Source: a virus (taxonomy: Duplodnaviria > Heunggongvirae > Uroviricota > Caudoviricetes). Taken from it: DNA of 13,763 nt. The stretch lies in IMG/VR virus record IMGVR_UViG_2537562217_000016; one strand, given 5' to 3'. The translations under genes were made by a program, and so were the position numbers. Under the pieces are notes generated by a model, which saw only the letters and a list, made by a program, of their open reading frames with translations, made no database searches and had not been told where the DNA came from. Positions 1 to 8,989 of this stretch are shown piece by piece (position 1 is the stretch's first letter; each line of letters starts with the position of its first letter).

Positions 1-1259
<1,259 letters not shown>

Positions 1260-1284
<25 letters not shown>

Positions 1285-1664
1285 CGCATAATCCGGGATA
1301 CGCATTCAGCGATGACTGCATTTTCACCGGTTTTTACTGCATCCAGAAGTGACTCTTTAAATGGTACGGGCCGGGGCTGCAGAAAGGTCGGCATGGCATT
1401 GAGCAGACAGAGCGTTTTTTCCGTGAGGACGACATCAGCCGCTCCCACAGCCAGCAACTGAGAGTAACGAATATAGCTGTTATCCCGAAGCCATATCAGC
1501 GTATCAATAAAACACCGGCACTTTTTCTGGTCGTGATCAACCTGGTCCGGGATATCGAAAAAACCAGAATAAATCAAAACCTGAGGTGCCGGATGCGTGT
1601 TCAGTAATCGGCAGAATATTTTGCCGGTGAGTACATAAAAATCATCATTTAAGGAGTGCATCAT
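1260..1664 (-). CDS. Hypothetical protein (134 aa), no recognisable family
   Basis: Only long ORF covering 1285..1662; convergent with and overlapping the P-loop ORF by 25 bp. Its start codon overlaps the start of the divergent 71-aa ORF, so strand assignment is uncertain. Confidence 0.35.
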
Positions 1665-1878
1665 GAATCCCCGATTAACGTTAACAGAACATCAGCGCCG
1701 TGCTGAAGCAGTGAACAATGTTCTGGAAGATATTATCCGGTTATACCGCGGAGAACTGAGTGTCTGTCGTGCCGCTTTTCATTTTCAGGGAATACAAAAG
1801 CAGTTTGATACTTCTGTTTTTGCAGAAGGTATTACTTATGCCCTGGACCGGATAAGGTCAGAAAATCGCCCCGGATAA
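1663..1878 (+). CDS. Hypothetical small protein (71 aa)
   Basis: Strong RBS AAGGAG (1651..1656) 6 nt upstream of ATG 1663; followed by a 12-bp-stem hairpin at 1933..1964. Confidence 0.45.
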   Translation: MNPRLTLTEHQRRAEAVNNVLEDIIRLYRGELSVCRAAFHFQGIQKQFDTSVFAEGITYALDRIRSENRPG

Positions 1879-1932
1879 TCCCTAAACCACATTAACAGAA
1901 ATCCCGCCATCCCTGCCGCATCATGAAAGAAC

Positions 1933-1964
1933 GACCAGCCCGGCACCCGAAAGCCGGGCTGGTC
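1933..1964. other. Perfect 12-bp stem / 8-nt loop hairpin (gaccagcccggc acccgaaa gccgggctggtc); possible terminator or REP-like element
   Basis: Read directly. No T-run follows on the plus strand; a weak T-rich tract (GTTCTTTCA) follows on the minus strand. Confidence 0.4.
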
Positions 1965-2068
1965 ATCGCCCCACAGGAATGCGCTGTGAGCCGACCAAGG
2001 TTCAGTCAGTCTCGCGAGACCTGACCAGACTGCCATATTTTTTAATAATTGTAAAAGGCTTACAGATT

Positions 2069-2833
2069 ATGAAAATGCAGACATTACCCATCGTGCCGTG
2101 GATTGGTGGCAAACGCCGCCTTGCAAAACACATTCTGCCGCTGTTTCCGGCGCATGAATGTTATGTGGAGCCGTTTTGTGGGGCAGCAGCGCTCTATTTT
2201 CTTAAGACACCCGGCAAGATCGAAGTCATCAATGATATCAACGGTGAACTGGTGAATCTGTACCGGGTGGTAAAGCATCACCTGGAAGAATTTGTCCGCC
2301 AGTTCAAATGGGCGCTGGTCAGCCGTCAGATCTACAAATGGCTGCAGATCACCCCGGAAGAAACACTGACGGATATCCAGCGTGCGGCACGGTTCTACTA
2401 CCTTCAGAAGCAGGCGTTTGGCGGCAAGGTGGCAGAGCACAGCTTCGGTACCTCCACCACATCCCCGCCACGCTTCAACCTGCTACGTATTGAAGAAGAA
2501 CTGTCAGCGGCACACCTGCGGCTTTCCAGAACAGTCATAGAACACATGGACTGGCAACAGTGCATTGAGCGTTATGATCGTCCGCACACGCTGTTCTACT
2601 GCGACCCACCGTACCTGGGTACGGAAGGCTATGGTGTGGATTTTCCTGAAGGGAACTACTCGCGGCTGGCAGAGCTGGCCCGGTGCATCAGAGGAAAAAT
2701 GATAATTTCGGTGAACGACATCCCGCAGATGCGCGAGGTGTTCACTGGACTGAACATACAGACAGTGAATATCAACTACAGTCTGGCGGGTAAACCCACG
2801 CCGCGCCGTGAACTGCTAATCTGCAACTTCTGA
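2069..2833 (+). CDS. Dam-family (D12 class) N6-adenine DNA methyltransferase, orphan
   Basis: N-terminal AdoMet-binding region PWIGGKRRL...EPFCGAAALYF and catalytic DPPY motif (LFYCDPPYLGTEGY); overall resemblance to Dam. Start chosen at ATG 2069 (RBS AAAAGG 2053..2058) rather than the longer track ORF from 1979. No adjacent restriction endonuclease candidate. Confidence 0.85.
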   Translation: MKMQTLPIVPWIGGKRRLAKHILPLFPAHECYVEPFCGAAALYFLKTPGKIEVINDINGELVNLYRVVKHHLEEFVRQFKWALVSRQIYKWLQITPEETLTDIQRAARFYYLQKQAFGGKVAEHSFGTSTTSPPRFNLLRIEEELSAAHLRLSRTVIEHMDWQQCIERYDRPHTLFYCDPPYLGTEGYGVDFPEGNYSRLAELARCIRGKMIISVNDIPQMREVFTGLNIQTVNINYSLAGKPTPRRELLICNF

Positions 2834-2840
2834 AACAAAA

Positions 2841-2863
2841 CCGGAAAGCACAATGCTTTCCGG
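2841..2863 (-). terminator. Rho-independent terminator for the leftward repressor transcript
   Basis: Perfect 10-bp stem ccggaaagca / tgctttccgg with a 3-nt loop, followed on the minus strand by TTTTGTTTCA (2840..2831). About 85 bp downstream of the repressor stop and abutting the dam stop. Confidence 0.55.
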
Positions 2864-2949
2864 TAAACCAAACAACTTCCACTATGTCACTGGCGATGTT
2901 TTCTGAAAGCATCCAGATCAACCACCTGTCCTTTGTGTCCGGGTCAGTA

Positions 2950-3306
2950 TCAGCCTGCGATTTTTCCTGGTTTTGGCTGAGTATAGAATCGCCCAATCTC
3001 AAGAAATGAGCGTTGTTGGTCTGGTGTCATGTCGTCAAAAGTATCTATTAGTTTTTGTTTTTCTGGGGAAATTTGATTCTGGTTTCTAGTCATACCATCT
3101 GTGCTCATTCCAGTGAGCAACCAATTTACATCAACATTAAACTCTTGATGCATCTTTAACAGAAACTCCCCTCCAGGCATCGCCTTTCCATTTTCAATCT
3201 GACTGATACCACCATTAGAAATACCTAAACGAGCTGCAAATTCTCTCTGGTTCAACCCTGCTTTCTTCCTCACAGAAATAACGCGCTCTCCTATATCTTT
3301 GCTCAT
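2950..3306 (-). CDS. Phage repressor, XRE/Cro-CI family HTH
   Basis: HTH_3 signature LNQREFAARLGISNGGISQIENGKAMP near the N-terminus; divergent from the early operon; operator half-site overlaps its start codon. Confidence 0.8.
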   Translation of the reverse strand: MSKDIGERVISVRKKAGLNQREFAARLGISNGGISQIENGKAMPGGEFLLKMHQEFNVDVNWLLTGMSTDGMTRNQNQISPEKQKLIDTFDDMTPDQQRSFLEIGRFYTQPKPGKIAG

Positions 3307-3329
3307 AAAAGTGAATCTCTATCTTGATA

Positions 3330-3347
3330 TGCTCATAATTATGAGCA
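3330..3347. promoter_or_regulatory. Operator: perfect 18-bp palindrome TGCTCATAATTATGAGCA within a candidate early promoter
   Basis: Read directly. It fills the spacer between candidate -35 TTGATA (3324..3329) and -10 ATAATC (3348..3353); a third copy of the half-site TGCTCATAA sits at 3300..3308 over the repressor start codon. Confidence 0.5.
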
Positions 3348-3399
3348 ATAATCTAACACATATAAGGCAAACATCATTGCATCAACAAAGGAGACAACG

Positions 3400-3588
3400 A
3401 TGACTGCAGAACAAGTCAAAGCTCTCTTCCGCCAGCGCGGGATCACTTTCACCCGCTGGGCAGAAGAAAACGGCTACAACCGCAATGAGGTATACCGCGT
3501 TCTCAACGGGCAGACCAAAGCCCGTTACGGTAAATCCCATGAAATCGCCGTGAAGTTGGGACTGAAATCAACAGCTCAGGCGGCCTAA
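3400..3588 (+). CDS. ner: Ner-like small DNA-binding protein (winged HTH, Ner/Nlp-type), first gene of early operon
   Basis: RBS AGGAG 3389..3393, ATG 3400. 62 aa with HTH and a C-terminal GKSHEIAVKLGL resembling the Ner/Nlp GE.IIAKALG motif; position equivalent to Mu ner. Confidence 0.6.
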   Translation: MTAEQVKALFRQRGITFTRWAEENGYNRNEVYRVLNGQTKARYGKSHEIAVKLGLKSTAQAA

Positions 3589-3640
3589 ATATTTTGAGTC
3601 TTTGTAAAAGGTTATCACATATCGCAAAAGAGGTATGCAG

Positions 3641-3949
3641 ATGAGTAAGACGAATGTTTCAAGCTCCGGCAGTCGCATCCTCCGGGTACTCAAAGCGCTG
3701 CGCGGTCATGCCCTGAACGGTATTTCTAACGGTGAACTGGCGACAGCACTGCACGAGTCACCGGCAAACATCAACCGGGCACTCAACACCCTCATTGAAG
3801 AAGGGCTGGCTCTGAAACTGGAGAACGGACGTTTTGCACCGGGCATCCAGTTACTGCAGATCGCCATGGCCCACAGTAACGAGATGGCACGTGCACAGGA
3901 TCGTATTAACGAAATTAACCAACGTGTCATTTCAGGTAGTCGTTTGTAA
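3641..3949 (+). CDS. Winged-helix DNA-binding protein (MarR/IclR-like HTH), hypothetical regulator
   Basis: RBS AAAAGAGG 3626..3633 favours ATG 3641 over ATG 3635. Motif GISNGELATALHESPANINRALNTLIEEGL is typical of a wHTH recognition helix. Confidence 0.6.
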   Translation: MSKTNVSSSGSRILRVLKALRGHALNGISNGELATALHESPANINRALNTLIEEGLALKLENGRFAPGIQLLQIAMAHSNEMARAQDRINEINQRVISGSRL

Positions 3950-3959
3950 GGAGTAATCA

Positions 3960-4880
3960 ATGGGACGTACCAAATCACCGATTAACACTGAACTGAACGC
4001 CGATGTACCGCTGTCGGATGATCTCAACGTCAGCCTGAATGCCATGACACAGCATCGCATGGAGATCATGCAGCAGTTTGGTGATGGACTGCCTTATGAA
4101 CGTGAACGCATCGTTCACGAAGCACGTTTTTATATGGCGCAGAGTGCTGAATCTATGTTGGAAGCGGGTAAGCGGCTGATCATCTTAAAAGAAAATGAAC
4201 CGCATGGTGATTTCACAAATATTCTGGAAAACGACCTCGGATTAGCACCACAGGTAGCTCGTCGCATGATGCAGGCCAGCGTGAAATTTCTCGGCAATGG
4301 AGATGAACAGCCAAAACGCTCAGCGCTGAGCGTTTTGGGAAAAACCAAGTTATATGAACTGATGGTTCTGGATGACGAAGAACTCGACGCATTAGCTGAT
4401 GGTGGAACCGTCGCCGGTGCAACGCTTGATGATATTGATCGCATGACCAGCCGCGAACTGAAGGCCGCCCTGCGTGAAGCGCGCGAAACCAACGCAGCTC
4501 AGCAACAGGTGCTTGCCGGAAAGGACGAAAAAATCAACGAACTGGCCACAAAACTGGAGAAGAAATCGCGCCTGCAACCTCCGCCGCCAGACGAAGAACT
4601 GAAAAAATTGCGGGCGGAAGTGACGGCATTAGCGGTTGAGGCCGAATCGGCTATCGCCGTCCGGCTGTCCAGTGTTTTTGAGACCCTGTGTGAATACTGC
4701 ACCAAAAACATGATCGATACCCCCAGAGATTTCATGGCCGGTCTGGTCTGCCAGATTGAACGCAGTGTTCATGCATTACGTGAGACGTTTGACCTTGAGG
4801 CCGCTCCATCGGGTAACGATGCCCCCGCCTGGCTGACCGAACCGGAACCTGAAATCAACCGACCGGAGGATATGCAGTAA
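3960..4880 (+). CDS. Hypothetical protein with DUF3102-like N-terminal region and central coiled coil (306 aa)
   Basis: RBS TAAGGAG 3948..3954, ATG 3960. Coiled-coil-like segment ETNAAQQQVLAGKDEKINELATKLEKK...LKKLRAEVTALAVEAE; the DUF3102 resemblance is recalled, not searched. Confidence 0.65.
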   Translation: MGRTKSPINTELNADVPLSDDLNVSLNAMTQHRMEIMQQFGDGLPYERERIVHEARFYMAQSAESMLEAGKRLIILKENEPHGDFTNILENDLGLAPQVARRMMQASVKFLGNGDEQPKRSALSVLGKTKLYELMVLDDEELDALADGGTVAGATLDDIDRMTSRELKAALREARETNAAQQQVLAGKDEKINELATKLEKKSRLQPPPPDEELKKLRAEVTALAVEAESAIAVRLSSVFETLCEYCTKNMIDTPRDFMAGLVCQIERSVHALRETFDLEAAPSGNDAPAWLTEPEPEINRPEDMQ

Positions 4881-5197
4881 TGAATACGAATAACACACAA
4901 AATACCCTGATGGACAGCCCGGAGGCACTGGGGCACGCACTGTGTAATCTGCTGCCGGAGATGGTGCAGGGTTTCCGCGTGGTGACCCCTTCCGGTGAAA
5001 TCTGCGTACCCGCACAGGAGACGCACCCGTTTGTACTGACGATGGAGGTGATGCTGATGCAGCAGATAAGACGTCTGCAGAATCAGTCAGCATTACGCCC
5101 GGTAGTTGCACCGCAACCGGTAAATACCGTGGTGAAAACCTGCGATGGCGAAACACTGTGCGACCTCGCCAGAAAAATTGCCGCCAGAATCGGATAA
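4880..5197 (+). CDS. Hypothetical protein (105 aa)
   Basis: Start ATG overlaps the upstream stop (TAATG at 4878..4882), indicating translational coupling; no recognisable motif. Confidence 0.5.
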   Translation: MNTNNTQNTLMDSPEALGHALCNLLPEMVQGFRVVTPSGEICVPAQETHPFVLTMEVMLMQQIRRLQNQSALRPVVAPQPVNTVVKTCDGETLCDLARKIAARIG

Positions 5198-5212
5198 CAG
5201 GGAAGACAAGCT

Positions 5213-6982
5213 ATGACCCCGGCACTGACTGAAAAACTGGTTGAAACAGCCCGCGCGGCACGTGACGCGGGGCATGGTAAACGCGGTGCAATATACGACG
5301 CTGCCTGTGCTGAACTTGGCATGTCCCGCGCCACTCTGCTGCGCAGGCTGAAGGAGGTATCTGTGACTGATAAACGCAAAAAACGCGCCGATGCCGGGCG
5401 CAGCGCCCTGACCCGCGACGAAGCCGCGCTGATATCTGCCACACTGCGTGAGGCCACCCGCAAGAACGGTAAGCGTCTCTATTCCATCGCAGATGCAGTG
5501 GAAACCCTGCGGGCTAACGGCTTTATCACCGCAGGCAGAACAGATGAAACCACCGGTGAGTTTTTCCCGTTGTCTGAAGATGCCATCAGCCGTGCTCTGC
5601 GTAACTATGGCCTGCACCCGGAACAACTGGATGCCCCTGCACCACATACCGAAGTGGCCAGTCTGCATCCCAATCATGTCTGGCAGATTGACGCCTCACT
5701 CTGCACGCTTTACTACCTGAGCAATGGACATAAAGGGCTGCAGGTGATGGACAGCGCGAAGTTCTACAAGAACAAGCCCGCTAACCTTGCCCGTATCGCC
5801 AGTGACCGCGTGTGGAGTTACGAGATTACCGACCATGCCAGCGGCTGGATTTACGTTGAGTATGTGACGGGCGCGGAATCAGGTGAGAACCTGTGTTCTG
5901 TGCTTATCAACGCCATGCAGGAGCGTGGCGGCGCAGACGTGCTGCACGGCGTGCCGAAAATACTCTATCTCGACCCCGGCTCGGCAAACACCGCGGGTAT
6001 GACGAAAAACATGTGCCGCTCACTGGGCATCGACCTGATAGCGCACAAGCCGCATAACGCCCGCGCCACCGGACAGGTGGAAAAGGCGCGTGACATTATC
6101 GAACGCAAGCTGGAGCCGGGTCTGAAGTTCCGGCCGGTTCACAGTCTGGAAGAACTCAACGCGCTGGCCGCGAAATGGCGCAGCCACTTTAACGCCACGG
6201 CTGTTCACAGCCGCCACGGTAAAACCCGCACGGATATCTGGCTGAAGATTACTGCTGAGCAGCTGAAAAAAGCGCCTTCCGTTGAGGTATGTCGTGAACT
6301 GGCTGTGGCGGCACCAGAACTCCGCAAAGTCACGCCAAAACTTCGTGTCTCGTTCCGGGGCACTGAATTTGACGTATCAACGGTACCGGGCGTACTGGTT
6401 GGTGAAAAACTGATGATTACCCGTAACCCATGGCGCAGCGATGTGGCACAGGTGGTTCTGACCGGTGAGGACGGCCACGAGACGTTCTTCCTGGTCGAAG
6501 AGGTCAGAAAGAACAAGTTTGGCTTTGCTGAAGGCGCGGCGGTATTTGGCGAAAGTTACAAAGCCCTGCCGGAAACCCCGGCACAGATGGCGGCAAAAGA
6601 AACCGAAGCGCTGGTTACCGGTACAGACAACGCCGCAGATGCAGCCGCCGCACGCAAGGCGAAGGCGCTGCCGTTCGGCGGGCGGCTTGACCCGTATAAA
6701 CATATCGACGACACCACACTTCCGGCCTATATGCCGAAGCGTGGTCAGGCCTCTGACGTACGCGGGCCGCGCACTGAACAACGTCCCATGACTCATGTGG
6801 AGGCCGCGAAAGCCCTGCGCGATAAGTTCAGCGCCGACGGCCTTACCTGGACGCCGGAACATTACCGCCAGTTAACGGCACAGTACCCGGACGGCGTACC
6901 GGAAGCCGCACTGGATGAAGTCATGGCCACGCTGACCACACCGGCCCGCAGCAGTGTTATCAGCATTGTTAACGGCAACTGA
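5213..6982 (+). CDS. DDE transposase of transposable phage (TnsB/Tn552/TniA-type DD(35)E core; MuA analogue)
   Basis: Catalytic triad read from the translation: D160 (HVWQIDAS, codon 5690..5692), D254 (ILYLDPGS, 5972..5974), E290 (ATGQVEKAR, 6080..6082), i.e. D-93-D-35-E. Basic N-terminal DNA-binding region. Position between ner and the ATPase. Confidence 0.85.
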   Translation: MTPALTEKLVETARAARDAGHGKRGAIYDAACAELGMSRATLLRRLKEVSVTDKRKKRADAGRSALTRDEAALISATLREATRKNGKRLYSIADAVETLRANGFITAGRTDETTGEFFPLSEDAISRALRNYGLHPEQLDAPAPHTEVASLHPNHVWQIDASLCTLYYLSNGHKGLQVMDSAKFYKNKPANLARIASDRVWSYEITDHASGWIYVEYVTGAESGENLCSVLINAMQERGGADVLHGVPKILYLDPGSANTAGMTKNMCRSLGIDLIAHKPHNARATGQVEKARDIIERKLEPGLKFRPVHSLEELNALAAKWRSHFNATAVHSRHGKTRTDIWLKITAEQLKKAPSVEVCRELAVAAPELRKVTPKLRVSFRGTEFDVSTVPGVLVGEKLMITRNPWRSDVAQVVLTGEDGHETFFLVEEVRKNKFGFAEGAAVFGESYKALPETPAQMAAKETEALVTGTDNAADAAAARKAKALPFGGRLDPYKHIDDTTLPAYMPKRGQASDVRGPRTEQRPMTHVEAAKALRDKFSADGLTWTPEHYRQLTAQYPDGVPEAALDEVMATLTTPARSSVISIVNGN

Positions 6983-6992
6983 GGAGGGAAAC

Positions 6993-8159
6993 ATGCTGGT
7001 ACTGAAGCAGCAACTGAAAGAGGCCCGTATTCCACAGGCGGTGGTGGCGAGAGCTGTCGATGTTTCTGAGGCCACGCTGGCCCAGATTGTGAATCATAAC
7101 GCGTGGCCCCGCACCAGCCCCGGAGAAGTGCGCCGGCGTCTTGCGTCCTGGCTGGAAAGTCAGGGGATTGATACAACGAAGAGTTTTGATGCTGTACAGG
7201 GCGCGGCCACGCCCCGTACAGCGGGTACCACAGATAAAACGAGCCTCAGTGAGGAAGAGAATATGTTACTCAAAAAACAGGTGTTATTTCCAGCAACCAA
7301 AAAAGCGTTTGGTCTTTTCCGTGACCCGTTCGCCGACGAAGCCATGCAGGGTTCTGATGATGTGTTCACCACCCCGGATATTCGCTACGTGCGTGAGGCG
7401 TTGTACCAGACAGCCCGTCATGGTGGGTTTATGGCCGTCATCGGTGAGTCCGGTGCGGGTAAATCCACGCTGCGCCGCGACCTGACTGAACGTATCAACC
7501 GCGAGAATGCGCCGGTAATTGTTATCGAGCCATACATCATCGCTATGGAAGACAACGATGTGAAAGGGAAAACCCTGAAGGCAGCAGCGATTGCCGAAGC
7601 CATTATCAGTACCATCGCACCACTGGAAAGCATCAGACGCAGTCAGGACGCCCGCTTTCGCCAGTTGCATCGCGTCCTGAAAGACAGCAGCCAGGCGGGG
7701 TTCAGCCACGTTCTGGTGATTGAGGAGGCCCACAGTCTGCCCATTCCGACACTGAAACACCTCAAACGCTTTTTTGAGCTGGAGTCCGGTTTCAAAAAAC
7801 TGCTGTCCATCGTGCTGATTGGCCAGCCGGAACTGGCGACAAAACTGTCTGAACGCAATATGGAAGTCCGTGAAGTCGTTCAGCGCTGTGAGGTGGTCGA
7901 ACTTCTGCCTCTGGACAATAACCTTGAAGAGTTTCTGACGTTCAAACTGCAACGGGCCGGTAAACAACTGACGGACATTATGGACGCCAGCGCAGTGGAT
8001 GCCATACGTGCCCGCCTGAGCAATCCGGGAAGTCATCGTAAAAATATGGTCAGCCTGCTGTATCCGCTGGCCGTCAGTAACCTGGTAATAGCCGCCATGA
8101 ATCTGGCCGCTGAAATCGGGGTTCCACAGGTCAACGCTGACGTTGTCAAAGGGGTTTAA
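6993..8159 (+). CDS. Transposition-associated AAA+ ATPase (MuB/TniB/TnsC analogue) with N-terminal HTH extension
   Basis: RBS GAGGAGGG 6981..6988, ATG 6993, 10 nt after the transposase stop. Walker A GESGAGKST (~7441..7470), Walker B HVLVIEEAH; N-terminal HTH-like ARAVDVSEATLAQIVNHN. Confidence 0.8.
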   Translation: MLVLKQQLKEARIPQAVVARAVDVSEATLAQIVNHNAWPRTSPGEVRRRLASWLESQGIDTTKSFDAVQGAATPRTAGTTDKTSLSEEENMLLKKQVLFPATKKAFGLFRDPFADEAMQGSDDVFTTPDIRYVREALYQTARHGGFMAVIGESGAGKSTLRRDLTERINRENAPVIVIEPYIIAMEDNDVKGKTLKAAAIAEAIISTIAPLESIRRSQDARFRQLHRVLKDSSQAGFSHVLVIEEAHSLPIPTLKHLKRFFELESGFKKLLSIVLIGQPELATKLSERNMEVREVVQRCEVVELLPLDNNLEEFLTFKLQRAGKQLTDIMDASAVDAIRARLSNPGSHRKNMVSLLYPLAVSNLVIAAMNLAAEIGVPQVNADVVKGV

Positions 8160-8161
8160 TA

Positions 8162-8431
8162 ATGAAATCCACCACAGGTATCAACCAGCAAATCAGCAAA
8201 GTGCAGTCAGCCATTATGGCGCTTAAGGCGACGAACACGGATGTACAAAGCATCACCATCAGGGGTAACAAACCTGTCATCCGCGTTTCCCGGAGTGCGC
8301 ATTGCATGCGCATGCTTGAGCAGGGAAAGGCCTGTTATCTGTATACCGGTCATGACCACAGGGGACATTTCCGTCAGGGCGTTTTCGAACTGCACGGCTG
8401 TCGCGTCGTGTGGCCGGAATCTTTGTGGTAA
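8162..8431 (+). CDS. Hypothetical protein (89 aa) in the position of Mu kil
   Basis: ATG 2 nt after the ATPase stop; Cys/His-rich C-terminal half (HCMRM...CYLYTGHDHRGH...HGC). Function unknown. Confidence 0.5.
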   Translation: MKSTTGINQQISKVQSAIMALKATNTDVQSITIRGNKPVIRVSRSAHCMRMLEQGKACYLYTGHDHRGHFRQGVFELHGCRVVWPESLW

Positions 8432-8458
8432 TCAGCACAACAGGAGGAGTCATAAAAT

Positions 8459-8989
8459 ATGGCAAAAAGTACAAAAGGGGCAAAACGTATCAAAGCCGCA
8501 GCAGCACTCTGGGTGCCGGGGACACGCGAAGAGGTCATTGAGGGAATCAGACTGCTTGGTGACGCGCAACGTGAACTGGTCAGGGCTGAAACAGAAATGA
8601 ATGACACCATTGGCGACATCACTGCACGTTATGCCCCGCTCACCGAGAGCCTGAAAAAACGCATGGCCGAACTGCAGTCCGGTATCCAGACATGGTGTGA
8701 GGCGCACCGTGATGAACTGACCGGCAACGGGAAGGTGAAGTTCGCTAACCTCACCACCGGCGAGGTGCAGTGGCGAAACCGTCCGCCGTCAGTCAGCATT
8801 CGCGGGGCGGATAATGTCATTGAACTGCTGAGACGTCTGGGGCTTGAGCGCTTTATTCGTGTAAAGGAGGAAATAAATAAAGATGCCATTCTGAATGAAA
8901 AAGAGGCTGTGAAAAATATTCCCGGTATTACCATAAAAAGTGATATTGAGGATTTTTCAATAATTCCTTTTGAGCAGGATGTGCAGTAA
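8459..8989 (+). CDS. gam: Host-nuclease inhibitor protein Gam (Mu Gam family)
   Basis: RBS AGGAGG 8442..8447. Extended colinear similarity to phage Mu Gam as recalled: RIKAAAA, ETEMND, WCEAHRDELTGNGKVKFANLTTGEVQWRNRPPSVSIRG, LGLERFIRVKEEINKDAIL, GITIKSDIEDFSIIPFEQ. Confidence 0.9.
   Translation: MAKSTKGAKRIKAAAALWVPGTREEVIEGIRLLGDAQRELVRAETEMNDTIGDITARYAPLTESLKKRMAELQSGIQTWCEAHRDELTGNGKVKFANLTTGEVQWRNRPPSVSIRGADNVIELLRRLGLERFIRVKEEINKDAILNEKEAVKNIPGITIKSDIEDFSIIPFEQDVQ

Noticed and set aside
1979-2068. N-terminal 30-codon extension of the Dam ORF (track start at 1979)
   Set aside because: The extension has no RBS and overlaps the 1933..1964 hairpin region; ATG 2069 is preceded by an RBS and gives a Dam-typical N-terminus.
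5093-5677. 194-aa minus-strand ORF and neighbouring minus ORFs (4776..5156, 5083..5463)
   Set aside because: Antisense to the transposase and upstream early genes; composition typical of shadow ORFs.
6377-6862. 161-aa minus-strand ORF and plus-strand 6465..6791 ORF
   Set aside because: Both lie inside the transposase gene in other frames or on the opposite strand; the transposase frame carries the DD(35)E motif.
6954-6992. Upstream start (6954) for the ATPase gene
   Set aside because: It would overlap the transposase coding region by 29 nt; ATG 6993 has an optimally spaced GAGGAGGG RBS.
7284-8036. 250-aa minus-strand ORF
   Set aside because: Antisense to the AAA+ ATPase gene, which has clear Walker A and B motifs; no RBS or motif support.
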